DNA of 64,000 nucleotides from Armatimonadota bacterium (GCA_039811685.1 JBDHZC010000001.1:909404-973403), one strand, 5' to 3'; numbered from the stretch's first letter, positions 9,806-20,670 are shown. Notes: generated by a model from the sequence alone, not told the origin. Numbers and translations: made by a program.

Positions 9806-10231
9806 ATGACAAGCGATGCAGACGCCAGCACCGGAGGCCTGAGAGGCGCAACAACAGGTACAGATGAGCGGCCGGCTCAACAGTTGGCAGAGCCCGTGAT
9901 GCACTTTGACCTGTCTCACGAATCGCAGAGCTTACAGGCAGAGCCGCCAATGGAGCGTTCCGGGCACAACGCTAACACTCTCGTACATTTTCCCGACCTG
10001 CGCGTGGTGCTGGTGAGCGTCCGGAAGGGGCAGGCACTGCGCGACCACCGGGCTCCGGGACGAATCTCTATTCAACCGCTCCAGGGACAGATCAGAGTCC
10101 ACACTCAGGAGCGGACTGTGGAGATGAAGAGTGGAGAACTGCTGGTGCTGGATAAGGCCGTGCGGCACGAAGTTGAAGCAGTGGAAGATGCTGTTTTTCT
10201 GCTGACACTGGGCGCGCCAACGGCTGATTGA
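9806..10231 (+). CDS. Cupin-domain protein
   Basis: LRVVL...G..L.DH.APG.ISIQ.L.G...H.VEA...FLLTL cupin pattern; strong GAGGAG SD. Confidence 0.8.
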   Translation: MTSDADASTGGLRGATTGTDERPAQQLAEPVMHFDLSHESQSLQAEPPMERSGHNANTLVHFPDLRVVLVSVRKGQALRDHRAPGRISIQPLQGQIRVHTQERTVEMKSGELLVLDKAVRHEVEAVEDAVFLLTLGAPTAD

Positions 10232-10239
10232 AGGCCAAA

Positions 10240-11064
10240 TTAGCTTTCTGATGCCCTGACAGATTCGTTCAAGGGCCTTTCAAGCGGGACATCCACGCAG
10301 ATCAATGCGCTGGCGTCCACTCCGTACGGACCCTGAGCCAGGATTCTACCGTCTGCTCCGACAGCCAAAGAGCATCCGATGCACTTCCAGCCCTGCCATG
10401 CGCCGGAAAGGACAGGGCCAACATTGCTGACGCCTACAGTAGCTACTCCTGCGCGTCTTGCCAGCTCAGTATAAGCGCCACGCCAGAGATCCCCGTACGG
10501 ATTCCGTTCATTGTCGTGATCCGGTGGAACAGCCCAGGCGCTGGGTGACAGCAGGAGTTGTGCGCCGATCCGTGCCTGGGATATGCCTAGCTCAAGTGAG
10601 TCTGGGAAATTGTCCGCGCAGATGTTCAGGCCAAATGCGCCATCTGGCGTGCGCGCGACTCCCAGCGAATCACCAACTGTGTAAAGACCCAGGGCAATAC
10701 TCAACTCATTAATCTTCCGGTGTTTCAGGAGGATGTCTCCTGATGGTGAGAAGAGTACCGCCGCGTTGTACAGATGTGCGCCATCGCGCTCGACGAGTCC
10801 AGCGGCCACGTATATGCCCGCGGCCCGGGCTGCCTCAGACAGAATCTCAGCATGATTCCCCGGAATCGGACAAGCGCGCTCTCTTGCGGAATCGTCCATC
10901 CAGCCAAAGTCCAGGCATTCTGGAAGCACAACGACGCGGCAGCCTCGCTCTGCCGCCTGTTTGATCATTTCTTCGGCGCGAGACAGATTTGTCCCGGGGT
11001 TTCCGGGCTCAACCAGCATCTGCGCCATGGCGACTTTCAGTGTAGAATCCGGCATCCGTTTCAT
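10240..11064 (-). CDS. Carbon-nitrogen hydrolase (nitrilase superfamily)
   Basis: Catalytic E (LPEC), K (HRKIN) and C (NICAD). Confidence 0.9.
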   Translation of the reverse strand: MKRMPDSTLKVAMAQMLVEPGNPGTNLSRAEEMIKQAAERGCRVVVLPECLDFGWMDDSARERACPIPGNHAEILSEAARAAGIYVAAGLVERDGAHLYNAAVLFSPSGDILLKHRKINELSIALGLYTVGDSLGVARTPDGAFGLNICADNFPDSLELGISQARIGAQLLLSPSAWAVPPDHDNERNPYGDLWRGAYTELARRAGVATVGVSNVGPVLSGAWQGWKCIGCSLAVGADGRILAQGPYGVDASALICVDVPLERPLNESVRASES

Positions 11065-12530
11065 CCCTTGAAAAGCGTTCCGAACAGTCCCCGAACGAGC
11101 TGCCTGCCGAAACTTCCGCCAAGCTGCGTTCCGATGGAGCGGATCGCCGCGTTGAGCAGAATCTCTTGTGGTCCCTGCCGCTGGCGACCAGACGCGCGGC
11201 GGGGTGAATCGGAGGGGCGGTTGAGGGCTTCACTTTGGAGCTGCGCAGGTTGTTGGACCCGCGAAATCAGACGTTCATAGGCAGACTCCCTGTCCATTGT
11301 CTGGTCGTAGACTCCCGACACTGGACTCTGGGCAAACACACTCTGGCGCACGGACGGATCAGCCGGACCAATCCTTGAAGAAGGGGGTCGCACCAGTGTG
11401 CGCTGGACTATTCCCGGAGACCCCTGGTCATCCAGCATGCTCGCGAGAGCTTCTCCAACGCCAAGCTCAGTGATCACATCCTGAATAGATAGACTAGGAT
11501 TTTCCCGAAAAGTTTCTGCAGCCGCTTTCACTGCTCTCTGGTCTTTTGGAGTGAACGCTCGCAGCGCGTGCTGGATTCGGTTGCCCAGTTGACCCAGAAC
11601 GGCATCGGGGATATCCAGGGGATTCTGGCTGATAAAATAGACTCCCACTCCCTTGGAGCGTACCAGCCTCACAACCTGTTCAACCTTGCTCACGAGGGCC
11701 TTTGGCGCATCGTCAAACAGCAGATGGGCTTCGTCGAAGAAAAACACGAGCTTGGGCTGATCCAGATCGCCCACTTCCGGAAGCTGCTCAAAGAGCTCAG
11801 ATAGCAACCACAGCAGGAAGGTGCTGTACAGCCGTGGACGTTGCATGAGCCTGTCGGCAGCCAGAACGCTGACGTATCCACGACCGTTCAAATCACGGCG
11901 CATCAGGTCACTTAGACGCAGGGCCGGTTCACCGAAAAACTGGTCCGCTCCCTGTTGCTCCAACACCAGGAGCTGGCGCTGTATCGATCCTACGGATGCA
12001 GAACTGACGTTTCCATATTGTTGCGTGAGAGTTTTCGCGTTGTCTGCGACATGCTGCAACATGGCCCGCAGGTCTTTCATGTCGAGCAACAGCAACCCCT
12101 CGTCATCAGCCACCTTGAAAGTGAGATTCAGGACGCCTTCCTGGGTATCGTTCAACTCCAGAAGCCGGGCCAGAAGCACGGGTCCCATGTCCGAGACAGT
12201 AGCCCGAACGGGATGTCCCTGCTCACCAAACAGATCCCAGAAGATGACAGGGCACGCAGAATTGGTATAGTCCGTCAGGCCAATCTGCCTGGCGCGCTCG
12301 AGGAGCTTTGGCTTGGGTTCCCCGGACTGACACAGACCGCTCAAGTCTCCTTTGACGTCTGCGAGAAACACCGGGACGCCACGCTGTGAGAAGCCTTCCG
12401 CCAACACCTGAAGGCTGATAGTTTTGCCTGTGCCCGTGGCTCCCGCGATCAGACCGTGACGATTCCCTTTGCTGAGTAACAGGAAGACAGGGGCTTCTCC
12501 CTGCCCAACAAAAATACTGTTGTCATTCAT
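11061..12530 (-). CDS. HerA/FtsK-like ATPase, DUF853 (YjgR) family
   Basis: NRHGLIAGATGTGKT, DVKGDLSG, FFFDEAHLLF, RSKGVG and QHALRAFTP. Confidence 0.92.
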   Translation of the reverse strand: MNDNSIFVGQGEAPVFLLLSKGNRHGLIAGATGTGKTISLQVLAEGFSQRGVPVFLADVKGDLSGLCQSGEPKPKLLERARQIGLTDYTNSACPVIFWDLFGEQGHPVRATVSDMGPVLLARLLELNDTQEGVLNLTFKVADDEGLLLLDMKDLRAMLQHVADNAKTLTQQYGNVSSASVGSIQRQLLVLEQQGADQFFGEPALRLSDLMRRDLNGRGYVSVLAADRLMQRPRLYSTFLLWLLSELFEQLPEVGDLDQPKLVFFFDEAHLLFDDAPKALVSKVEQVVRLVRSKGVGVYFISQNPLDIPDAVLGQLGNRIQHALRAFTPKDQRAVKAAAETFRENPSLSIQDVITELGVGEALASMLDDQGSPGIVQRTLVRPPSSRIGPADPSVRQSVFAQSPVSGVYDQTMDRESAYERLISRVQQPAQLQSEALNRPSDSPRRASGRQRQGPQEILLNAAIRSIGTQLGGSFGRQLVRGLFGTLFKG

Positions 12531-12671
12531 TGTGCTGTCCTTGACCGTCACTCGCTTGCGTAAAGCGAGCAATCATGGGATTGTATATGGACAAGCAGAC
12601 CGCCGTCCAATGGCGTCAGCAAATGTGGCCACTCGCAATGATGCCAGTTCTCATTGAAGGGATCGATAACT

Positions 12672-13664
12672 ATGAGCTATGAACCAGTCGTAGAAGACCG
12701 CGCGGACCGCTACCGGATCTCGGTGGCCGACTATGTGCACTATCAGAAGGAGGGATATCTGATCGTGCGCAATCTGGTTTCGCAAGAGGACATCGAGCGA
12801 ATCCGCAATCACGCCATGGATATTTTGTTCGGGCGTGTTCTGCTCGACGGATTGGAGCCCCCTTCCCCGAATGCCACTCAGGAGGAGCTGATCCACAGGT
12901 TTTCGCGTGTGCATATGCTGCATCTTGTGGACAAGGTGAGTGAAGAAGCGCTCCTGCACCCGCGTGTGCTGGACGTGGTGGAGGCTCTCACCGGACCGGA
13001 CGTGCTCGCGCTGCAGAGCATGCTCTTTTTCAATGCGCCGGGAATGGGCGGACAGGGCTGGCATCAGGACTCGTACTATATCACGACGTTCCCCGACACA
13101 TTGATGGGCGCTTGGATAGCGCTTGACCGGGCGGACGAGGAAAATGGCTGTCTGTGGGTGGCGCCAGGCTCGCAAAACGAACCCGTATATCCTGACCACG
13201 CGAGGAAAGCTGTCATTCATGCATCGGGTGTCTTTGCCGATCTGCCGTTCGTGGACCATACGAGCCACCTCGACGACGATATCAATGAGCTCGCGCCGAT
13301 AGCGCGCAAGTGGCCAGAAAAGGCGCCTGCTGTCATGGAACCGGGCGATGTGCTGTTCTTCCCCGGGCAGGTTCTGCACCGATCCTACCCCAACAAAGCC
13401 AAGGAGCGCTGGCGACGCGCTTTTGTCAACCACTACTGTAATGCGCGCGCCTGGGTCCCGTGGAATCACGGAGCGCCGTTTGATGGAGAGGCTGCGAACG
13501 ACAGACACATCCTTGCGCGCGGAAAGACCCACTTGCCGTTTGCGACTCCGCGCTTCGGCACACCTTGCGCGGCCACTGCCCAGGCGCCGCACGCGCCAGT
13601 CTCCAGCCCTTCGCCGGAAGGACTGACGGCATCGGCGCCGGAGTTCGCTTGGAACAAGAAGTAG
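12672..13664 (+). CDS. Phytanoyl-CoA dioxygenase (PhyH) family Fe/2-oxoglutarate enzyme
   Basis: WHQD, WIALD...ENGCL...PGS and PGDVLFF...LHRS motifs. Confidence 0.9.
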   Translation: MSYEPVVEDRADRYRISVADYVHYQKEGYLIVRNLVSQEDIERIRNHAMDILFGRVLLDGLEPPSPNATQEELIHRFSRVHMLHLVDKVSEEALLHPRVLDVVEALTGPDVLALQSMLFFNAPGMGGQGWHQDSYYITTFPDTLMGAWIALDRADEENGCLWVAPGSQNEPVYPDHARKAVIHASGVFADLPFVDHTSHLDDDINELAPIARKWPEKAPAVMEPGDVLFFPGQVLHRSYPNKAKERWRRAFVNHYCNARAWVPWNHGAPFDGEAANDRHILARGKTHLPFATPRFGTPCAATAQAPHAPVSSPSPEGLTASAPEFAWNKK

Positions 13665-13694
13665 AGGCGTCTGAAGCGTGTCGCAGAGCTTCGG

Positions 13695-15905
13695 CTAAGT
13701 GAGGATAGAGAGCAGAAGCGCGGCTACGTCGTCGTGCAACTTGCCTTCTGAGTAGCTGAGTATCTCGTCAGTGATGGCGGTGACTATCTGCCGAGCGTCC
13801 TCAAAGCGGTGCTCCAGCAGCAAAGCCTTCAGCCGCTCGACTCCAAAGAAGTCAACTCCGCAACGAGCCTCTGTGATGCCGTCTGTGTAGAAAAACAGCT
13901 TATGACCCGGGGCGAGTTCTATTCGCGACTGCTGATATACCGCCTCCGGGTCTACGCCGAGAACGGTGCCCGGGCGCTCGATTTCGAGAACTTCGTCGCG
14001 ATCTGGAATCAACCAAAGTGGCGGCTCATGGCCGGCGTTCGCAAACACAAACTCCTGGATCTGTAAATCCAGCACTCCGTAGAACGCGGTAACGAAGCCT
14101 TCCTGCATCTCCCGGTTAATCACTCTGTTCAGGCGTGTCAGGACTGAGGCGGGAGATGAGTCTTCATACGCCAGCGCGCGCAGAGCGTTCTTGGCCGTGG
14201 CAGTGCGCACAGCCGCATTGACACCTTTTCCCGCAACGTCACCAATGACAATAGCCATCCGACCTTCAGAAGGCTCAAAAATATCATAAAAGTCTCCGCC
14301 AACAAACGCCTCCCGGAAAGCGGGCTTGTAGTATGGCTCAATTACGATGCCACCTGGATATTGTGGGTCGGTCGCCAGTAGTGCATGCTGGAGTGTTACG
14401 GAGACTCGGTGCTCTTCCTGGTATCGCTCTTCCAGCTGCTGCTCTTCGCGCTTGCGATCGGTGATGTCCGTGAGGTAAACAGACAGCCCACCGCTGCCCG
14501 GATAGCAGCGCACCTCTAACCACTGCATGGTTTGATCGTTACAAAACTCCAGCGTAAACTGGCTCTTGCGTTCCATAGCTGTGCGCAGCATACGCTCCAG
14601 ATTTGTGCCCAGAATTTCCGGGTAAACGTCCCACACCAGCCTTCCGAGCACGCCGTTTGCAGAGCCAGAGGCGATCTGCGCCGCGCGCTCATTAACGTAA
14701 ACGATACGCCAGGTGCTGTCCACAGAGACAAAAGCGTCAGTGATGCTTTGAAGGATGCCGGCAATGCGCTCATTTGCTTCACGCACCGCCTGTTCGGAGC
14801 GCTTGAGACTTGCGGCGATCTGCTCGGCAAGTGCTTCGGCCTTGACCAGAGATCCCGTCAGATAGAAAAGCAAAATGCTGAGCGCCAACCCCACGAGCAC
14901 AATCCCAGACTCACGGCCTGAGACCACGCCCGCATCGAAATCAGGCGTCGTTCTGAACTGAATCTGCCACACACTTCCGGCAACTTCCAGACTCTGTGTT
15001 GTCTGGAACAGAGGGCGATACTGAGGCTGTTTGAAGTGACGCCTCGTGGCAGAGTCGTAGAGCTCCAGTCTTTTGCCTGATTTGGACAGATCGTAAACAC
15101 TGATGTCCAAATCGCCAACAGTGCCCGCAGCAAGTGTCTGACTGAAGAAATCGTGACTTCGAAAGACGCTGTACACAAACCCAACCAGAGCTTTGCGTCT
15201 TTCCTGAACTGTCTTTAGCGTCTCAGCGGGCTTGTTGTAGAAAGGGACAAAGACCAGGAAACCCACCTGCCTTTTCCCCTGGATTGTCAACACCAGCACA
15301 ACACGTCCCGAAGCCACTGGCATCCCGGTGTCGCGCGCACGATTCATCGCGGATTGGCGAGTCGCCTCGGAAGCCATATCGTACCCGAGCGCGGCGTGGC
15401 TGTTCGCTGTCAGTGGAGAGAAGTAGATGATAGCTTGACGCTCAGGAGAAGCCTCTTTGGGCCAGACATGAAACCAACTCACTCCCTCCCGCTTCATCTG
15501 CATCTCCAGCGCCGGAATGTCCGCACTGTGTACAAGCTTGCTGAATCCAATACCTTGAATCGCTTTGTAATGCTCTGGCAATTCGAGTGCTCCGACAAAC
15601 TTGTCGAAGGCTGCGCGGTTCACATGCGTCTTGGTAGCCAGAAAGCCGTCCGTAGCGCGCAGCAGCGCAATGTGCGTGTCCACCGTGTTGGTGATGAGCG
15701 AACGCGCATCCTCGACGGCGTTATTGAACCGGATGCGAGCCCGGGTGCGGGTTGTAACAGACTCGTGCACCGCCACTGCACCTGTCACCAGGCACGAAAT
15801 CAACAAGACAACATAAGGGACTAATGCGCGAATGCGAGGACCGCCGATGCGTCTCTGCAATTCGGACGGGTTACGAACAGTGGTTGTAGAGGTGGTCAAG
15901 AGCAA
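13695..15905 (-). CDS. CHASE-PAS-SpoIIE (PP2C) membrane sensor phosphatase
   Basis: Two TM segments flank a CHASE domain (ALGYDM.SE..R..AM.RARDTG); a PAS domain follows; PP2C motifs GGDFYD, GDVAGKG, NAGH, YTDGITE and DD. Start is uncertain. Confidence 0.9.
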   Translation of the reverse strand: MLLTTSTTTVRNPSELQRRIGGPRIRALVPYVVLLISCLVTGAVAVHESVTTRTRARIRFNNAVEDARSLITNTVDTHIALLRATDGFLATKTHVNRAAFDKFVGALELPEHYKAIQGIGFSKLVHSADIPALEMQMKREGVSWFHVWPKEASPERQAIIYFSPLTANSHAALGYDMASEATRQSAMNRARDTGMPVASGRVVLVLTIQGKRQVGFLVFVPFYNKPAETLKTVQERRKALVGFVYSVFRSHDFFSQTLAAGTVGDLDISVYDLSKSGKRLELYDSATRRHFKQPQYRPLFQTTQSLEVAGSVWQIQFRTTPDFDAGVVSGRESGIVLVGLALSILLFYLTGSLVKAEALAEQIAASLKRSEQAVREANERIAGILQSITDAFVSVDSTWRIVYVNERAAQIASGSANGVLGRLVWDVYPEILGTNLERMLRTAMERKSQFTLEFCNDQTMQWLEVRCYPGSGGLSVYLTDITDRKREEQQLEERYQEEHRVSVTLQHALLATDPQYPGGIVIEPYYKPAFREAFVGGDFYDIFEPSEGRMAIVIGDVAGKGVNAAVRTATAKNALRALAYEDSSPASVLTRLNRVINREMQEGFVTAFYGVLDLQIQEFVFANAGHEPPLWLIPDRDEVLEIERPGTVLGVDPEAVYQQSRIELAPGHKLFFYTDGITEARCGVDFFGVERLKALLLEHRFEDARQIVTAITDEILSYSEGKLHDDVAALLLSILT

Positions 15906-16053
15906 TTAGAATCTTGTTTGACGAATGCTCGGTCAGCCGCACACCCTCTCGGCGACAACTGCTTTCTGCCCAGCCAAAACGGACAGACCCCACCCGGATC
16001 AAGGCGATTATACAGGAGCGCTCACAAATGTATCAAGCCACAACACAAAATAT

Positions 16054-17130
16054 TCACACAGCGAGCTCCGTAAGACTCTTCTGTGAAACAGTGAGAACTT
16101 CGGCCCCACACCTGCCCACCAGAACGTCATCTTCAATGCGCACCCCACCCCAGCCTTCGATGTAGATGCCAGGCTCAACAGTGACGACCATGCCTTCAAG
16201 AAGCACGATGTCGCTTTTCGGGCTGAGCGCAGGTCCGTCGTGGACACTCAAGCCGAGCTGGTGGCCGAGTCCGTGGCCAAAACTGTTTCCGTATCCTGCA
16301 TCCGTAATAATCTTGCGCGCAACTTCATCAACGTCTTTTCCCGGAACTCCCGGCCTGATGGCAGCAATGGCGGCCATCTGAGCGTCCAGAACCGTCTGGT
16401 ACACCTTGCGAAACTCATCCGTTGCCGAACCCAAAAACAGCGTGCGGGTAATGTCGCCAGCGTAGCCCTGGTACTGCGCTCCGAAGTCCAGCAGAACCGG
16501 CTCTCCCGCAGCCAGAATGCGGTCTGTCGGATGCGCATGAGGCAGTGCCGAGCGCGGACCGGACGCGACGATAGAGTCGAAGCTCTCTTTTTCTGCTCCG
16601 AGTCCGGTGAGGATGTATACGAGCTCCCGGAGAATATCCAGCTCTTTTGTCCCCGGTTTCAGAAACGGCTGTATGGCAGAAAAGGCGGCGTCAGTGATCT
16701 CACAGGCTTTTCTCAGGCGCTCGATCTCTTCTGTGTCCTTCACAGCGCGAAGCGGACTCAGAGCCTGCGCCAGCCCGACCAGACGGACGTCAGCAGCCCC
16801 ATCCTCAAGCTGTCTGTACTCCTCAACAGTGACGACAGTTGATTCAAAACCCACCGCCTCGCAACCCAGCGTACTGACCTTTTCTGCGACCTGTTTGATG
16901 GGAGGTTCGCTGGAGATATGGACTACAGCCCCCGGAGCTTCCTGTGAAGCCTGTATAGTGTAGCGGCTGTCGGTAAAGAGATGTACAGAATCGCACGTCA
17001 GAAGCGCCACGCCGCTCGATCCGGTGAAACCGGTCAGCCAGCGGATATTCTGCCGATCCGAGACAATGAATCCCTGAAGCTCGTTTTCAGTCAGCTTTTC
17101 TCTGGCGAGCTCGACTCGCGGCGAGATCAA
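16054..17130 (-). CDS. Xaa-Pro aminopeptidase (M24B)
   Basis: TDSRY, SALPH, DFGA...GDITRT, HGLGH.LGL.VHD, TVEPGIY and GVRIEDD. Confidence 0.93.
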   Translation of the reverse strand: MISPRVELAREKLTENELQGFIVSDRQNIRWLTGFTGSSGVALLTCDSVHLFTDSRYTIQASQEAPGAVVHISSEPPIKQVAEKVSTLGCEAVGFESTVVTVEEYRQLEDGAADVRLVGLAQALSPLRAVKDTEEIERLRKACEITDAAFSAIQPFLKPGTKELDILRELVYILTGLGAEKESFDSIVASGPRSALPHAHPTDRILAAGEPVLLDFGAQYQGYAGDITRTLFLGSATDEFRKVYQTVLDAQMAAIAAIRPGVPGKDVDEVARKIITDAGYGNSFGHGLGHQLGLSVHDGPALSPKSDIVLLEGMVVTVEPGIYIEGWGGVRIEDDVLVGRCGAEVLTVSQKSLTELAV

Positions 17131-17792
17131 GCGCTTCTCCTGATCAACTTCACCACAGCGTGCAATGCGAGAATGTAGCTGTCCGCCCCGAATCCCGAGA
17201 TGATACCACTTGCAGCAGCTGCGGTTATGGATTTTGATCGGAATTCTTCGCGGGAATGAATGTTCGAAAGGTGCACTTCTACGACTGGAACATCCACAGC
17301 AGCCAGTGCGTCCCGGATTGGCACACTGGTGTGCGTATAGCCGCCCGGATTGATAATGAGGCCGTCTATGCCGTCCTGAACGGAATGAATCGCTGTGATG
17401 ATGTCGCCTTCGCTGTTTGACTGCATAATGCGCAACCCGCAGCCGAGCGTAGCCGCTTCCTGCCGCATAGCGCTGTTGATATCTTCGAGAGTCTCTCTGC
17501 CGTACACTTCCGGCTCACGCATGCCCAGGAGATTGAGATTTGGGCCATGGACGACGAGAACGCGCAGGGAATCCTGTGCGCTGACTTCGGGCTGCTCCTG
17601 CTCTTCCGGCCCCTGCTTAAGACTGACAGACTCACGCCCAAACTCATGCGGGAGGAGGTTTGGAATGTCTCCGGACACCGGATATTCGCGGCCGCACTCC
17701 ATACACACCAACGCGTCTTTGCAGACCTGCAATCGCGGGCGGCTTTCGCAGGCCGGACAGCACAACAACCCGGCAAGCTCCTTAAGATTCAT
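17127..17792 (-). CDS. aroQ: Trm112-like zinc-ribbon domain fused to type II 3-dehydroquinate dehydratase
   Basis: N-terminus LLCCPAC...[21 protein letters not shown] is Trm112/YcaR-like; C-terminus has [24 protein letters not shown] and [14 protein letters not shown]. Confidence 0.9.
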   Translation of the reverse strand: MNLKELAGLLCCPACESRPRLQVCKDALVCMECGREYPVSGDIPNLLPHEFGRESVSLKQGPEEQEQPEVSAQDSLRVLVVHGPNLNLLGMREPEVYGRETLEDINSAMRQEAATLGCGLRIMQSNSEGDIITAIHSVQDGIDGLIINPGGYTHTSVPIRDALAAVDVPVVEVHLSNIHSREEFRSKSITAAAASGIISGFGADSYILALHAVVKLIRRSA

Positions 17793-17841
17793 CAGATGAT
17801 TCGCTCCTCACCCATTCTCACAAGGCCGATGTTTCCACCTG

Positions 17842-18573
17842 TTACGCTGTGGCACTCAGGTATTCCTTTACCACGGCCTCAGGATCGCCGTCCGCGCGCA
17901 ATGCCCCTTCGTGAAGCCAGATGGCTCTTCCGGAGACACGCCGCACAGTATCGAGATCGTGCGAGACAAAGACAATCGTGCGTCCCGATTCTTGAAACCG
18001 CTGAATCTCGCGCAGGCACTTGGCCTGGAACGCCTGATCACCGACCGCCAACACCTCATCAATCAGAAGAATCTGCGGATCAGTAAACACAGCCACAGCA
18101 AAACCCAGACGCATAGTCATTCCAGCGGAATATGAACGCAGCGGCGCGTCACGGAACTTTTCCAGCTCCGCAAAGTGAATGATATCGTCCAGCGATTTTC
18201 GCACATCCCGCTCCCGCATGCCAAGAATGACGCCATTCAGCAGGACGTTTTGCTCACCGGTCAGGTCCGGGTGGAACCCCGCGCCCAGCTCGAGCAGCGC
18301 GGCGACTCTACCGTGGATTTCAATATGTCCCGCTGTCGGCAGATATATTCGGCCAATCAACCCAAGCAGCGTGCTCTTGCCGGAGCCGTTGCGCCCCACT
18401 ACCGCCAGCGTCTGACCTCTCGGCACTTCCAGAGACAGGCTCTTCAGCGCCCAGAGGTCTTCAAATCTTCTCTTCCAAAAAGAAGCCACCGCGCCTTTAA
18501 GCGTTGCCACAGGATGGTGCGCCAGCCTGAAGCGTTTGCTGACATCCTGAAGCTGAATCGCCGCGTCAGACAT
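17842..18573 (-). CDS. wzt: Polysaccharide ABC exporter ATP-binding subunit (Wzt/TagH-like)
   Basis: GRNGSGKST, ELGAGFHPDLTG, YSAGM..RLGFA and DEVLAVGD; start set at ATG 18573. Confidence 0.9.
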   Translation of the reverse strand: MSDAAIQLQDVSKRFRLAHHPVATLKGAVASFWKRRFEDLWALKSLSLEVPRGQTLAVVGRNGSGKSTLLGLIGRIYLPTAGHIEIHGRVAALLELGAGFHPDLTGEQNVLLNGVILGMRERDVRKSLDDIIHFAELEKFRDAPLRSYSAGMTMRLGFAVAVFTDPQILLIDEVLAVGDQAFQAKCLREIQRFQESGRTIVFVSHDLDTVRRVSGRAIWLHEGALRADGDPEAVVKEYLSATA

Positions 18574-18574
18574 C

Positions 18575-19402
18575 TCAGGGCCTCTCCGCAAACTGCCACT
18601 TCTTGGCGTTGAAGAAAGCGTAGCCAGCAATCAAAACGGCAACTGACAGGACAACCGAGATAACAATGTAGCGCGGTTCTATGGGAAGGTCGTTCAGATT
18701 CTTGGCGTGAAACGGCGGAAGCAATAGCTGACGGTAGCCCTCAATAAAAATCGCCATAGGGTTCCAGTGATAAACCTCCCAGATGATCGGCTGCCAGTGC
18801 TGGGGAATCATCTTATTGCGAATCTGCTCTGTCACATAGAGCACAGGACACATGTAGAAAAACAGACTTGTTGAGACTCCAACCAGATAGGTCATATCTT
18901 CGTAGAAGACTGACAACGCCGAAACGAAGAAGGCCAGTCCCATAACAAACGCCAGGTTTGCGAGAATCACTACGGGCAGGAGTAGCCAGCCCGCCTGGAT
19001 GGAAACGCCAAGCCACAGCAAATAGACAAAGAAGACGCCAAAAGCCAGCAACAGATGAATCAAGTTCGCAAAGACAGAGGCAATGGCAAGAGCTTCCCGC
19101 GGAAAATAGACTTTTCGGAGCAGATCGTACTGGCGCGCTACGCTTTCACCAGCGTCTGAGAGCGACATCTGAAAGAACATCCAGGGCAGAAACGCGCACA
19201 GGACATAGGCGGAATAGTTAGGAATGCCGATCTGCAGGACATATTTGTAAATGATTGTGATTGTGGCGACCTGTACGAGGGGGTTAGCAAGTGACCAGAA
19301 GAACCCGAGAACGCTGTTTTTGTACCGTACGGTGAGGTCCCGCATCACCAGCGAGCGCACCAGATCGCGATATCTCCACAATTCCCGAAGGTCTTCCAGC
19401 AT
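18575..19402 (-). CDS. wzm: Polysaccharide ABC exporter permease (Wzm/TagG-like)
   Basis: RYKNSVLGFFWSL.NP, KVYFPRE and NPM; six TM segments. Confidence 0.9.
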   Translation of the reverse strand: MLEDLRELWRYRDLVRSLVMRDLTVRYKNSVLGFFWSLANPLVQVATITIIYKYVLQIGIPNYSAYVLCAFLPWMFFQMSLSDAGESVARQYDLLRKVYFPREALAIASVFANLIHLLLAFGVFFVYLLWLGVSIQAGWLLLPVVILANLAFVMGLAFFVSALSVFYEDMTYLVGVSTSLFFYMCPVLYVTEQIRNKMIPQHWQPIIWEVYHWNPMAIFIEGYRQLLLPPFHAKNLNDLPIEPRYIVISVVLSVAVLIAGYAFFNAKKWQFAERP

Positions 19403-19455
19403 CTTGGGATGCAGAATACCAGATTTTGGATGCGCTAAGCCAGAGACCCGGCTGC

Positions 19456-20643
19456 TTACGCCTGCGCAACCGGCTGCGGAACCCCCAAAGCGCGCAGATG
19501 CTTGATGACATCTATCACACGGGCCCCAACGTACTCCACTTCTTCATCCGTGTTGAAGCGACCGAGCCCGAATCTGACGGAGGAGAAAGCCAGCTCATCG
19601 TCCAGACCGATAGCTGTCAAAACGTGTGACGGTTCGCGGACAGTGGAGCTGCAGGCAGCGCCGGTGGATATGGCGATATCCCTCAGACCCATCAACAGAG
19701 ACTCCCCCTCAACGCCCGCAAAGGCGATGTTCAGGTTGCCGGGCAGACGGTTCACCGCGTGTCCGTTCAGGCGCACATCGTCCAGCCCGGCCTGGATCAG
19801 GCTTCGGAGGCGCTCACGCATTGTCAGCAACCTCTGCGCCTCCTCACCCATACTCTCATGAGCAAGGCGCGCGGCGGCAGCAAAACCCACTATGGCCGGC
19901 ACGTTCAGCGTACCGGAACGCAGCGAGCGCTCCTGTCCGCCGCCATCCATCTGCGGCGTCAGACGAACAGCTTTCAATCCGCCCGGGCGCCTTCGGCGGA
20001 CAAACAGCGCGGCCGCGCCCCGCGGTCCATAGATCTTGTGCGACGTGATGGACGCCAGGTCCACGTTCAAGGCTTCAACATCGAGAGGTATCTTTCCGAA
20101 TGCCTGCGCCGCATCCGTGTGAAAGAGGACCCCGTGCTCCCGGCAGATCGCGCCGATCTCCGCGACAGGCTGCAGAACGCCAATTTCGTTGTTGGCCATC
20201 ATCACGCTGACGAGAACTGTGCTGTCGCGCAAAGCCTCCTCCACCTGCTCCGGAGCGACCAGCCCATCTTCATCCACGGGAAGGACGGTTATCTCGAAGC
20301 CCTGGTCGCCCATCCGCCGCACAGGATCGAGAACGGCAGCGTGCTCCGTGGCTACCGTAACGATGTGATTGCCTTTGCTTCGCAGGGCGTCCGTGACACC
20401 TTTGACGGCCAGGTTGTCGGACTCAGTAGCGCCGCTTGTAAACACGATCTCGCTGGGACTGGCGTTGATGAGAGCAGCAATCTCACTGCGGGCCGCCTCA
20501 ACGGCCTCTTCTGCCACCCACCCGAAGGAGTGATTGCTGGCGGCGTTGCCAAAATGCTGTGTGAAGTACGGGATCATCGCCTCCAAGACACTCGGGTCAA
20601 GTGGCGTCGTGGCGTGATTGTCCATGTAGATAGGTAGATTCAT
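19456..20643 (-). CDS. iscS: Cysteine desulfurase (IscS/NifS type)
   Basis: YMDNHATTP, FTSGATES, NNEIG, HTDAAQ, SHKIYGP, RSGT and STGAACSS. Confidence 0.93.
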   Translation of the reverse strand: MNLPIYMDNHATTPLDPSVLEAMIPYFTQHFGNAASNHSFGWVAEEAVEAARSEIAALINASPSEIVFTSGATESDNLAVKGVTDALRSKGNHIVTVATEHAAVLDPVRRMGDQGFEITVLPVDEDGLVAPEQVEEALRDSTVLVSVMMANNEIGVLQPVAEIGAICREHGVLFHTDAAQAFGKIPLDVEALNVDLASITSHKIYGPRGAAALFVRRRRPGGLKAVRLTPQMDGGGQERSLRSGTLNVPAIVGFAAAARLAHESMGEEAQRLLTMRERLRSLIQAGLDDVRLNGHAVNRLPGNLNIAFAGVEGESLLMGLRDIAISTGAACSSTVREPSHVLTAIGLDDELAFSSVRFGLGRFNTDEEVEYVGARVIDVIKHLRALGVPQPVAQA

Positions 20644-20670
20644 AAGAGTGTCATCTGCGTGCGCAAGGAG

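Noticed and set aside
12651..13592. 313-aa minus-strand ORF
   Set aside because: Antisense shadow of the PhyH gene; no motifs.
19759..20637. 292-aa plus-strand ORF
   Set aside because: Antisense shadow of iscS.
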